From a virus (Duplodnaviria; Caudoviricetes), in the IMG/VR virus record IMGVR_UViG_3300037722_000450, positions 1-41,187 of that record: a stretch of 41,187 bases of DNA. One strand, 5' to 3'. Of the stretch, positions 18,155 through 26,887 are shown piece after piece. The stretch's first letter is position 1, and the number at the start of each line of letters is the position of its first letter. A program made the position numbers and the translations under genes. The notes below the pieces were generated by a model that worked only from the letters and a program-made list of their open reading frames with translations, was not told the DNA's origin and made no database searches.

Positions 18155-18183
18155 TTGCGCGATTTAAAGGGGTGCGCTAAAAT
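18155..18183 (+). promoter_or_regulatory. Promoter of the replication operon
   Basis: TTGCGC-17-TAAAAT; RBS AGGAGG before 18235. Confidence 0.7.
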
Positions 18184-18234
18184 AGATTTATCGAAATAAG
18201 GGGACTGGCACTCCCCAATAAACAGGAGGTTTTT

Positions 18235-19350
18235 ATGAACGATTCCTCAAATAATGCCACCCAAAAACCAATTCAAGGCTTACGTCAATTCATCACCGCC
18301 TTAAATCACTATGGCGGGACTGTATCCCCGTGGCGCTATCAAGTGTTACGTTATCTTGAAACACGCGCCAATGAAGAGCGTAGAGCGTGGCCTTCAGTAC
18401 ACCGCATTGCCAAAGAGTTAGGTTGTTCAGTCAACACCGTTTCGGCAAGCCTTAAGGACTTAGTTGCAGTTAAGGCAATTGAAGAAGTACCTTATGACAA
18501 GCGTACTAAATCACAGTCTCGGTTACCCAATGCCAAGAAAATTTGGCAAATGACCACTACTGCCGAAATTGACGGGCAAGGTTATTGGTATGTCTTTATT
18601 GAGTCTAAATTCAATATCCCAATGAGTGAGGATTTAAATTCCCAATCAGTCAATAATCAAATGGTTGGGGGTAAAGAAAGTACCAATAAAAAAAATAATG
18701 AAGAAAATTCCAGCGAAACCGAAAATGAAACCCCTTCACAAGATTCTCAAACCGACACATCCAAACCAACCGAACCTACGTCTACCGAAGATACCGATTC
18801 ACAAAAGCCAAAACTCAAGACGTTAACTGTGGATGAAAAGCGTATCAGCAAGATACTAGACTTTGTAACTGCAAATCCTCATTTCAGTGAAGAGTCTGAA
18901 GTGGCGTTAGGGCATCAAGGCCAGCGCGGGACGGATACACTCTTAAATGCCTACTCTTTATTGTGCAAGTCTGTAGACGATATACTAGCACCGCCGCCGC
19001 CGGGTGCGAAAAATCAAACCGATGACACGCGCCGTTTTGCCGCGCAAGTTAAAGAGTATCTCATTAACAGCACCTACGCAGGCCAAAAGAAACGCCGCGC
19101 CACTGCGCAAAACTTTATCGACTTCATTTACTGGTATGCGAATGAAAATCCCGATTATGAATATCTCCCCGGTTTCAGCAAGTCGGGCAAGGGTAATGCC
19201 GATGACCGCGCCACGAAGTTCATTAAAGCCTATGAATCGTATCGGGCGGACTTGCTAACAACCCAACGCGCCAACTGTACGCAGTGTCCCGGTGATGGCA
19301 TGGTGGTTAAAGGTGATGAAATTGTTAAATGCGAATGCAGTAAGGTGTAG
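18235..19350 (+). CDS. Replication initiator (N-terminal winged HTH; C-terminal Cys cluster)
   Basis: AWPSVHRIAKELGCSVNTVSASLKDL; low-complexity linker; upstream of helicase. Confidence 0.85.
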   Translation: MNDSSNNATQKPIQGLRQFITALNHYGGTVSPWRYQVLRYLETRANEERRAWPSVHRIAKELGCSVNTVSASLKDLVAVKAIEEVPYDKRTKSQSRLPNAKKIWQMTTTAEIDGQGYWYVFIESKFNIPMSEDLNSQSVNNQMVGGKESTNKKNNEENSSETENETPSQDSQTDTSKPTEPTSTEDTDSQKPKLKTLTVDEKRISKILDFVTANPHFSEESEVALGHQGQRGTDTLLNAYSLLCKSVDDILAPPPPGAKNQTDDTRRFAAQVKEYLINSTYAGQKKRRATAQNFIDFIYWYANENPDYEYLPGFSKSGKGNADDRATKFIKAYESYRADLLTTQRANCTQCPGDGMVVKGDEIVKCECSKV

Positions 19351-20954
19351 TGATGGCAACTAAACCCGACCCCAACAATACAAATCCAGATAACTTTCTA
19401 GCGCCCCACTCAGTCGAAGCCGAAGAGGCGACGTTAGGCGCAATTCTTATAGGTGGCAATCAGACGTTTGAGGATGTCTATAACGTCCTCAGTACTGGTA
19501 TTGATACCAAGAAGCCGCAAGATGATGACAATCCATTTTTCATACTAAGGAATGCGTGGGTATGGGATGCCATGCAGTCAGTCTATAAAGATGGCAACGC
19601 CATTGATTATCTGACTGTCACTGAAAAGCTCAAAGGGTGCAAGAAGTTAGACGAAATAGGCGGGAGTGCCTATATCACGTATCTGCTTAACAATACCCCG
19701 ACTTACCTGAATGCTGATAGTTATGCACAGGTGGTTATTCGTGCTAAAGTGCGCAGGCGCTTGCTAGGTGTGGCCTCTCAAATTACGCAAGTTGCCACTA
19801 GTCCCAACCATGATATTGAAGAGGTATTAGAACGCACCCGCACCATTACGGATGACTTTTTAAATGCCCCACGCAATTTGAGCAATTCACGTTTCAGTGA
19901 TGATTGTGAACTTGAGTATGAAACCTATCTTGCGGAGCAGGACGCGCAAGGGGACGGATTTACAACAGGTTCAAGCATTCTCGACAAGGCATTAGGTGGG
20001 GGTATCCAGATCGGCTTAACCATTATTGCAGGTCTATCAGGTGTAGGCAAAACGCATGTTATGGTTCAACTTGTCTACTTAATGGCCCAATTAGTTGCCA
20101 AAATGAACAAGGGACTTAAAGAAGTTGAGGCACGGCAAGCCAAGCGCTTTGGTATCGACTTTGATAATGACCATCTCAATGATGATAGCGACCTTGATCT
20201 AGAACTCGACACACGGCAACAATCTATCTATATCGTGACACTTGAAATGACACGCAGTCAATTAATCCGTCGGCTTATTGCGCGTTCGGCACGGTTAGAC
20301 AGCAATCTTATTCGGACTAACAAAGCTATCTCTGCACTTAGTTCTAGTGACCGCTCTAAATACACCAAAGCGCGAACTGAAATTATGGACTTTCTGAAGT
20401 CTAAAACGTTGGTCATTATGGAAGGTCAGGGACTAGATGCAAGTGGCATTAAGTCCGAAGTAAAACAGCACTCGATAGCCAACAATAGGCGCGTTATGGC
20501 TATCTTTATTGACCACCTACACGAAATGAAGGAAACCGAAAATAGCAAAGCCGAAAGCGTAGAATCCAACGCAGGCAAATTGCAACACATGAGCAAACTT
20601 GATTTTAAATGCCCAATTGTGTGCCTTGCCCAACAACGTCCAGTTGAGTCTTACGTCAAGACTGACAACCCCAACTATCCAAGCGACACAGATATTCGCT
20701 ACTCGAAGGCAGTTAAAGAGAAATGCGATTTTCTCTTATTCTGTTACGACGCGGCGAAAAATAAAGCCAAGTTTGGTGGGTCGGTCTCAGTGGATGAAAT
20801 ACGTCCCAATAGTCTCTATTTCATTATGCACAAGGCCCGGGATAAAGAATTACCCACCATTGGCTATAATATAGCCGCGTGGGTGTATTTTGATCGTAGC
20901 TGTAGCTTTTTTGGCAACTACGAAGATCATAGCGTCCGGGTGCATGTTGAGTAA
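19350..20954 (+). CDS. dnaB: Replicative DNA helicase, DnaB-like
   Basis: PHSVEAEEATLGAIL, IGGSAYI, Walker A GLSGVGKT, LEM, IFIDHL, LAQ. Confidence 0.93.
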   Translation: MMATKPDPNNTNPDNFLAPHSVEAEEATLGAILIGGNQTFEDVYNVLSTGIDTKKPQDDDNPFFILRNAWVWDAMQSVYKDGNAIDYLTVTEKLKGCKKLDEIGGSAYITYLLNNTPTYLNADSYAQVVIRAKVRRRLLGVASQITQVATSPNHDIEEVLERTRTITDDFLNAPRNLSNSRFSDDCELEYETYLAEQDAQGDGFTTGSSILDKALGGGIQIGLTIIAGLSGVGKTHVMVQLVYLMAQLVAKMNKGLKEVEARQAKRFGIDFDNDHLNDDSDLDLELDTRQQSIYIVTLEMTRSQLIRRLIARSARLDSNLIRTNKAISALSSSDRSKYTKARTEIMDFLKSKTLVIMEGQGLDASGIKSEVKQHSIANNRRVMAIFIDHLHEMKETENSKAESVESNAGKLQHMSKLDFKCPIVCLAQQRPVESYVKTDNPNYPSDTDIRYSKAVKEKCDFLLFCYDAAKNKAKFGGSVSVDEIRPNSLYFIMHKARDKELPTIGYNIAAWVYFDRSCSFFGNYEDHSVRVHVE

Positions 20955-20972
20955 TTGACATTGAAAATCGAC

Positions 20973-21001
20973 TAGCGCAAATCGAACACTTGCGCTAAAA
21001 T
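20973..21001 (+). promoter_or_regulatory. Promoter overlapped by an inverted repeat
   Basis: TAGCGC-17-TAAAAT; TAGCGCAA-9-TTGCGCTA. Confidence 0.55.
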
Positions 21002-21118
21002 AGAATAGAATCGAACAAAAAGGGCTAGGTATGGTGTCATGAATCATGCTGAAGAGGTAGCAGTTCCACTACCCTGCCCATTTCCCCAATTGGAACCTAG
21101 CAAAAGGAACATGCTGAA

Positions 21119-21991
21119 ATGACACAATTATCACTGTTTGAACACACCGCAAACCAACCCTATCCCCTTTTAGTTGCCCAGAAATGGGACTTTCAACTAG
21201 ACTATTATGATGTGAATGGTAATCCAACTGATTATCTATATCATGCTGTTCATTGGACACAAGGATTAGGCGCAAGTAGCCATACGACATGGGAGCGCAT
21301 TAAATCTAAGATTGTCTACCCAACGCACAGTCTTAAAATCAAAGAACTTCCCTTCACTTCCACAGATGGCAAAACGTACCAAGTCGATTACTTTAATCAA
21401 GAGGCTTGTTATCAAGTCGCTATGGAAATGCGTGTTACTAAAACACGTCCCCAACTTCAAGAGATACGCGATTATTTAGCGAAGTCAGGCGCATTTGTCG
21501 ATTGGGCTAAACGCAATCCGCATAAGGCTATCGAGAATTTATCAGCTTATGCGCGTCAACAAGAAATCGAAAAGCTAGAACGTGCTGGCTATGATGAGAC
21601 ATATGAGGCGCGTCGTTTTAAGGCACGTCATGAGAACATCGAAGTGCTTAAGCAACTGCATGATAAGCTAGCTGAGATTGTCGATAATCCTAATTTCGCT
21701 ATCCTCAACAATGAACGCTACCTAGGCATTTTCGGCGCAACAGCCTCAGAATTAAAAGAGATACTTCACACGCAAAAGGTGCGAGATTCGCTTGGTTTAA
21801 CTCAACTACGTACTTTAACTTTTGCTGAAGATACGTTAAAGGATGTAATCGCCTCTCAGCAACATCTCTCACATGAGCAAGCAGTTATCATCATTCGCCA
21901 AGTCTTACCACCGATTGGAAAAATGCTCAAAGACTTGATGCAAGCGCGTGGTTTAGATCACATCACAGGTCAACCCCTACTCGCCGACTAA
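21119..21991 (+). CDS. Bro-N/DinD-like DNA-binding (antirepressor-type) protein
   Basis: DGKTYQVDY motif; C-terminal FAILNNE.YLGIFG..A..LK...RD.L. Confidence 0.6.
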   Translation: MTQLSLFEHTANQPYPLLVAQKWDFQLDYYDVNGNPTDYLYHAVHWTQGLGASSHTTWERIKSKIVYPTHSLKIKELPFTSTDGKTYQVDYFNQEACYQVAMEMRVTKTRPQLQEIRDYLAKSGAFVDWAKRNPHKAIENLSAYARQQEIEKLERAGYDETYEARRFKARHENIEVLKQLHDKLAEIVDNPNFAILNNERYLGIFGATASELKEILHTQKVRDSLGLTQLRTLTFAEDTLKDVIASQQHLSHEQAVIIIRQVLPPIGKMLKDLMQARGLDHITGQPLLAD

Positions 21992-22000
21992 CGAATCGAA

Positions 22001-22036
22001 AGCATTCCCTCAATTATCTGGGGGAATGCTGTTTTT
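22001..22036 (+). terminator. Intrinsic terminator
   Basis: AGCATTCCCT/GGGGAATGCT stem plus T run. Confidence 0.8.
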
Positions 22037-22039
22037 CTA

Positions 22040-22068
22040 TTGCGCTATCCTAAATTTAGCGGTAAACT
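22040..22068 (+). promoter_or_regulatory. Sigma70-type promoter
   Basis: TTGCGC-17-TAAACT right after the terminator. Confidence 0.65.
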
Positions 22069-22141
22069 AGAGATTATTAAGTAACATCAACACGCAGTGA
22101 CGTATCATCAAGTTAACAAGTAACATGAAAGAGGTCACAAG

Positions 22142-22621
22142 ATGACACAAGCAACCAGCTCCAATGATGACAAGCCAGTCCCGATGTCAGGAAACGATTC
22201 CGACACTTACCCTAATGCCCCACTCCCTAACCAAAGTTTCGCCCCATTGGGCAGTGAACCGCCCCATAATTACCAGATTATCAAGTCTGTGTACGGGTGG
22301 TCTATGCAATGGTTTGAAGCCGCGCCTAAGAATTGGCAAGATTTTGCACAATTTGAGGTGGGGGAAGTGGTGCAATGGCATGGTGAAAGTTACGAAATCA
22401 AGACTGCTTATCTCAATAACGATTATGACGATGGGACATTAGGCAGTAAAATCAATATTTGTTATGAAACTAGTTCAGTAGAGCATAAATTCAAAGGCTA
22501 TTTCCAAGAAATAGGATTGCTCATTCACAACCCCCGCCGTCCTAGTCCGTTTCTTATTGGCTACGAATACGGCAGAATTATGAGATTGTGGGTTACTGCC
22601 ACAGAGCCGACGGAGCGTTAG
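22142..22621 (+). CDS. Hypothetical protein
   Basis: RBS AGAGG; ORF. Confidence 0.75.
   Translation: MTQATSSNDDKPVPMSGNDSDTYPNAPLPNQSFAPLGSEPPHNYQIIKSVYGWSMQWFEAAPKNWQDFAQFEVGEVVQWHGESYEIKTAYLNNDYDDGTLGSKINICYETSSVEHKFKGYFQEIGLLIHNPRRPSPFLIGYEYGRIMRLWVTATEPTER
22179..22192. promoter_or_regulatory. 14-bp palindrome, copy 3
   Basis: TCCCGATGTCAGGA. Confidence 0.6.
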
Positions 22622-22623
22622 AG

Positions 22624-22932
22624 ATGGAATTTGAAACCGGAATTCTCCAGATCACCATTGCAGTTGTATCTGTTGTCGGAGTTTTAGTTTTAGCACTAAT
22701 TAACGAAAGATTTATTGACTCCGATTCCACCTATCAAATTAAGATGGATAAGACTATCGAGTTCAATAATGAATACGGTAGTGATGGTATCGAATACAAC
22801 CTTCAAACAAAATTTGAGGTTTTGCATATCTATGACGATAAGGTGAATGTATCTAGCTGGCATGGTTTGAATCGAATAGAACTAGTCCTGTCTAGAAAAG
22901 TTTTTTTCTATTATCTGAAGAAACGTAGCTGA
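22624..22932 (+). CDS. Hypothetical membrane protein
   Basis: RBS GGAG; N-terminal TM helix. Confidence 0.7.
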   Translation: MEFETGILQITIAVVSVVGVLVLALINERFIDSDSTYQIKMDKTIEFNNEYGSDGIEYNLQTKFEVLHIYDDKVNVSSWHGLNRIELVLSRKVFFYYLKKRS

Positions 22933-22943
22933 GGGATAAACCT

Positions 22944-23285
22944 ATGAAAATCACACGCATTCAAACCATCAGCATGAATAAAGACAAAAGCAAGATGATG
23001 GCAGTCATTCATACTGACCAAGGCACTTTTACCCGCCACTTGACCAAACAAGTAACCAAACAAGGCATAGATTGGGTAGGCGTTGCCATTGGCAATATTA
23101 CTCATTTCAAGAATCCCGCTTCGGAAAAGTGTAATGCCAGCATCATTAAAACAGAAATTCGCACCCGTGAAGTCATGAAACTTGAACTGGTAGATGGCAA
23201 GATGCAAAAGGTTAAACGCATTGAGCAATATATTCATGAATATGTGCCAATGGTTAACTATTCTCAGATTAGCGAACTCTCATGA
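22944..23285 (+). CDS. Hypothetical protein
   Basis: RBS GAGGGA; ATGA coupling to the next gene. Confidence 0.75.
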   Translation: MKITRIQTISMNKDKSKMMAVIHTDQGTFTRHLTKQVTKQGIDWVGVAIGNITHFKNPASEKCNASIIKTEIRTREVMKLELVDGKMQKVKRIEQYIHEYVPMVNYSQISELS

Positions 23286-24046
23286 CGCTCAAAAAACTAT
23301 TCAAAACGCCCGACCATCGCGTCGGGCTATGCACTCAGTCCGAAGGCGCGTATATCACCTTGCAATTTGCGCCTAACGACACTCAAGTGTATCTACTCGA
23401 TGAATTAGTCCCGTACACGATGCCTAGCCAAAAGGCGATTATTGACCCCTTTAATCTAGGGGAAAAGGTCATTAAAGTTGGCAAGGATTATGCCCGACCC
23501 CGCGTACAGGTGATGTGTGTTAAGCATGGCTATACCCGTTGGGTACGCTTAGATCGCATCACCAAGCGCAAGGGCTGTACATTCTGTCAGTCCGAGTGGG
23601 CGGGTCATGTTCGTATGACTAAGGCCCGATGTCTAGATGGCAAAAAAGCCTATTTACATTTAGTGAAGGCTATTCAAGCCAAGCAACGCGCTAACCCAAG
23701 CAAGCCTGAATTAGCCGTGTTTGAATTATTAAAAGACTTCAATATTCCATTTGCTCAGCAACCCATTATCGAAACCCAAGACCGTTACTTTTTGCCTGAC
23801 TTTGCAGGCGGTTGGCGACAAGGGGTAGGCTGGCAATGGATTTTAGAGGTGAACGGTCAATATTGGCATAGCAAAGAGAAGCGCAGTGACCGGGATTATG
23901 CTTTACAGTGTTATTGCGCTAGAAATGGCATTCAGTTATTTGTAGTCTCAGATGTTGATATTAAAGATAATTGGGAAGGTATTGCCGATGAGATAAAGAG
24001 TTTTTTTGATAATATGGATACTAGTCAAGCTGATTGGAGTATGTGA
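23282..24046 (+). CDS. Zn-finger plus DUF559/Vsr-like PD-(D/E)XK endonuclease
   Basis: C..HG...GC..C; PSKPE, FLPDF, ILEVNGQYWH, GIQLFVV. Confidence 0.75.
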   Translation: MTLKKLFKTPDHRVGLCTQSEGAYITLQFAPNDTQVYLLDELVPYTMPSQKAIIDPFNLGEKVIKVGKDYARPRVQVMCVKHGYTRWVRLDRITKRKGCTFCQSEWAGHVRMTKARCLDGKKAYLHLVKAIQAKQRANPSKPELAVFELLKDFNIPFAQQPIIETQDRYFLPDFAGGWRQGVGWQWILEVNGQYWHSKEKRSDRDYALQCYCARNGIQLFVVSDVDIKDNWEGIADEIKSFFDNMDTSQADWSM

Positions 24047-24651
24047 TGGCAAAACCGAAACGACAAAAAACAGAGTTAGAAGATATTCTCTTTATGATAG
24101 ATGCTTCAACTCTTGGTAATTCCCGCGCTATCGATAAACAGGAATTGCGTGGCCAAAAGGAACTTATCGATAGCGCGGTATTACCTAAGCGAATCAGTGA
24201 TGGAGAACGTGCAATTTTAGAAACATATGGCATTATCTTTGGTGAGGATGTTGATGATTTATTCGTGAATGTTGTATTGCCTCAAGGTTGGACTAAGGTA
24301 GCTACAGAACATTCGATGTGGAGTAATTTGGTAGATGATAAAGGACGTGAACGCGCCTCTATATTCTATAAAGCCGCTTTTTATGACCGAGATGCGTTTA
24401 TTAGATTATCACGACGTTTCAGTGTGCATTCGGGTTCTATTGAAGGTTTTAATTCTGGCTTGCCTTATGAACAACAACACCATATTGGAATTGTAAAAGA
24501 TTGTGGTGTTGAGATTATCCGGACTGAAGGATTAAAAGAAACGCCCGATGTGCCTTGGTATGCGATATGCGATATTGTTGAGCATTTTGCGCGTGAATGG
24601 CTAAATAAACACTATCCCGACTGGGAGCAGTACGACTCTTATTGGGATTAA
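24046..24651 (+). CDS. Hypothetical conserved-looking phage protein
   Basis: LPQGW..TEHSMWS.LVDDKGRERASIFYKAAFYDRDA; flanked by 19-bp direct repeats. Confidence 0.8.
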   Translation: MAKPKRQKTELEDILFMIDASTLGNSRAIDKQELRGQKELIDSAVLPKRISDGERAILETYGIIFGEDVDDLFVNVVLPQGWTKVATEHSMWSNLVDDKGRERASIFYKAAFYDRDAFIRLSRRFSVHSGSIEGFNSGLPYEQQHHIGIVKDCGVEIIRTEGLKETPDVPWYAICDIVEHFAREWLNKHYPDWEQYDSYWD

Positions 24652-24670
24652 CTACTGATTGGAGTATGTG

Positions 24671-25369
24671 ATGCAAGAAAAGGTTATCCGTATCATCTCG
24701 ATTGACCCCGGCAAGGCGACGGGCATTGCCAGCGCAGTCTACACGTTAACTCCTGAGAGCATCGGCATTCAGTTAGAAGATACGCTGTTTGTTGAGGCGG
24801 GGGATTACAAGAACGCCGGGACTTTAGAGCGCCATATGTATCAAGCTGTTGAGAATGTGGATAAATTACTCGATTTTATCTATGTAAGTTGCAAACAGAC
24901 TGAGACGATTTGGCTAGCGATTGAATCACCATTCGCATTACTCCGTAATCTCAATGGTGTACTCACTCAACAAGGTTATATTTCAGCAATCGCTATGCGG
25001 ATTATGAACCTAGAACCGCTTATTTCACTCAGTCGTTTCATGCTCATTAAGCCTGCAATGGTTAAGAAGATGGCCACTTCAAATGACACGCATCCTCTGA
25101 CCAGCGGTAATGGATTATCCGAAAAGCATCATGTAGCGCAGGCAATAGCTGATAAGTTTAATTTGTCGCAAGATGAGTTAAAAAACTTAACGACTAAACC
25201 CGATTCACGTTCTAAAAAGGCTGTATACGAAGTCACGGACGCGCTAGCCATCGGCTTCAGTTGCGCCCGAATCTTGCAAGCGGCGTGGTTCGGTCTAGAT
25301 CAGGACTTGCCCGTGCGCAAGGATACGAAGTCGTTACGTAAAAAAATCAGTGAATGGAGGCAAGCATAG
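24671..25369 (+). CDS. ruvC: RuvC-like Holliday junction resolvase
   Basis: ISIDPG..TG, AIES, P..VKK.AT, K..V, DALAI. Confidence 0.85.
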   Translation: MQEKVIRIISIDPGKATGIASAVYTLTPESIGIQLEDTLFVEAGDYKNAGTLERHMYQAVENVDKLLDFIYVSCKQTETIWLAIESPFALLRNLNGVLTQQGYISAIAMRIMNLEPLISLSRFMLIKPAMVKKMATSNDTHPLTSGNGLSEKHHVAQAIADKFNLSQDELKNLTTKPDSRSKKAVYEVTDALAIGFSCARILQAAWFGLDQDLPVRKDTKSLRKKISEWRQA

Positions 25370-25438
25370 CAAAATTTATCGTTGTCTAAATCAATCCAAG
25401 TCATTCAATTAATTTAATCCTATAAGGAGAACAATCAA

Positions 25439-25756
25439 ATGTCTAAGAAAATGTATCGTCAAGGTGATTTTATGTTTGTGCATACCGATGAAACTCCGCC
25501 CGAAGATGCCCAAAAAGAACAACGTGTTCAAGGTAAGGCTATTGTTGGCTATGGCGAGGCAACAGGCCACCATCACGCTATCGTCAGTGAAAAAGCCGAT
25601 ATTCTGACCATTGGCAATATGCGCTGGATTGTTGCTGATGAACCTGTTGAAATTAGCCACCAAGAACACCATGTTATTACCTTGCCAGCTGGCGTGTGGA
25701 CTGTGGTTCAAGAACGCACCTATCACGCTGGCAATATTTCGCGAGTGGTGGACTAA
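25439..25756 (+). CDS. His-rich MYRQGD-type hypothetical protein (usual partner of DUF6745)
   Basis: YRQGD, GEATGHHH, HQEH..I.LP.G.W.V.QERTY. Confidence 0.85.
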   Translation: MSKKMYRQGDFMFVHTDETPPEDAQKEQRVQGKAIVGYGEATGHHHAIVSEKADILTIGNMRWIVADEPVEISHQEHHVITLPAGVWTVVQERTYHAGNISRVVD

Positions 25757-26862
25757 TGATTAAGATAGAAAGCCTAACCAAAGAACAAAAAGCGCGTTTT
25801 CCTGAGTTTGTAGAAAAGTGGACAAAGATAGGTTTGTCCACTGAACCAGCTAATCGCTCAGAGGCCGAGCGCGGCGTTAACTTGGCATATGAACTTGCTG
25901 GATTAACACCTCCACAGCATATCGTATGGTGTGACTCGCCGCTAAGCATGACTATAACCCATGCAATCGGGGCTAGTGTCGGGGCTAGTGTCAGGGCTAG
26001 TGTCAGGGCTAGTGTCTGGGATAGTGTCAGGGCTAGTGTCGGGGCTAGTGTCAGGGCTAGTGTCGGGGCTAGTGTCGGGGCTAGTGTCGGGGCTAGTGTC
26101 GGGGCTAGTGTCAGGGCTAGTGTCAGGGCTAGTGTCGGGGCTAGTGTCGGGGCTAGTGTCGGGGCTAGTGTCGGGGCTAGTGTCAGGGCTAGTGTCTGGG
26201 ATAGTGTCGGGGCTAGTGTCAGGGCTAGTGTCAGGGCTAGTGTCTACGGACAACACGATGCGCACTGGCTTGGTTTTTTTGAATATTTCAATCAAGTATT
26301 GAACTTGCAAGCTGAAACTGAAAAGCTAGAAGGCTTGTGGCTCATTACACAACATGCAGGTTGGTGGCTACCTTGTGAGAATATATGCTTCATTAGTGAG
26401 CGTCACAACGTGTTAAATCTTGACGAATCAGGACGCTTACACGCAGTAGACCAACCTGCCTTGACTTATCCAGATGGTTTTTCAATTTATGCGTGGCATG
26501 GTGTGCGAGTGTCTGAAGATGTGATTATGAAACCTATCACATTTGAGCAAATCATGACTGAGCAAAACGCAGAAATCAAACGTGTGATGATTGAACGTTT
26601 TGGTGAAGATAAATTTGTTGAAAGTCTTGGCGGTGAACCCGTTGACGATAATCCTCAATTTGGCAAGCTGTATCGTATCGACTATGGTGATAGTGAGCCT
26701 CTAGTTCTAGTACGTGTCGAGTGTCCAAGTACAGGCCGTATCTATTTTAATCAGTGTCCGCCTGAGGATGATAATGGACAGCCGATATTACGCGCTAGGC
26801 AAGCGTTGGCATGGCGTTTTAGCTTATCTGAAGAAGAATATCTACCTATCGTCGAGTCCTAG
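25756..26862 (+). CDS. DUF6745-like protein with internal tetrapeptide repeat
   Basis: GQHDAHWL.F, GRLH...PA..YPDGF..YAWHGV, NAE.KRVMIE.FG, V.CPSTGR.Y. Confidence 0.85.
   Translation: MIKIESLTKEQKARFPEFVEKWTKIGLSTEPANRSEAERGVNLAYELAGLTPPQHIVWCDSPLSMTITHAIGASVGASVRASVRASVWDSVRASVGASVRASVGASVGASVGASVGASVRASVRASVGASVGASVGASVGASVRASVWDSVGASVRASVRASVYGQHDAHWLGFFEYFNQVLNLQAETEKLEGLWLITQHAGWWLPCENICFISERHNVLNLDESGRLHAVDQPALTYPDGFSIYAWHGVRVSEDVIMKPITFEQIMTEQNAEIKRVMIERFGEDKFVESLGGEPVDDNPQFGKLYRIDYGDSEPLVLVRVECPSTGRIYFNQCPPEDDNGQPILRARQALAWRFSLSEEEYLPIVES
25969..26244 (+). repeat. 23 x 12-bp tandem repeat, (G/A)GGGCTAGTGTC or TGGGATAGTGTC
   Basis: Direct count; encodes GASV/RASV/WDSV. Confidence 0.97.
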
Positions 26863-26887
26863 CATTTTATCAATAGGAAGTTTAAGC

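Noticed and set aside
21030-21125. Hammerhead ribozyme (CTGAAGA...GAAA)
   Set aside because: GAAA does not follow stem II, the cleavage position would be G, and there is no stem I.
23624-23637. GCCCGATGTCTAGA as a sixth palindrome copy
   Set aside because: Three mismatches to the consensus; compatible with chance.
25942-26310. ORFs with TSPD (minus strand) and VSGL (alternate frame) repeats; CRISPR-like look
   Set aside because: Shadows of the stop-free 12-bp tandem repeat; there are no spacers, so it is not CRISPR.
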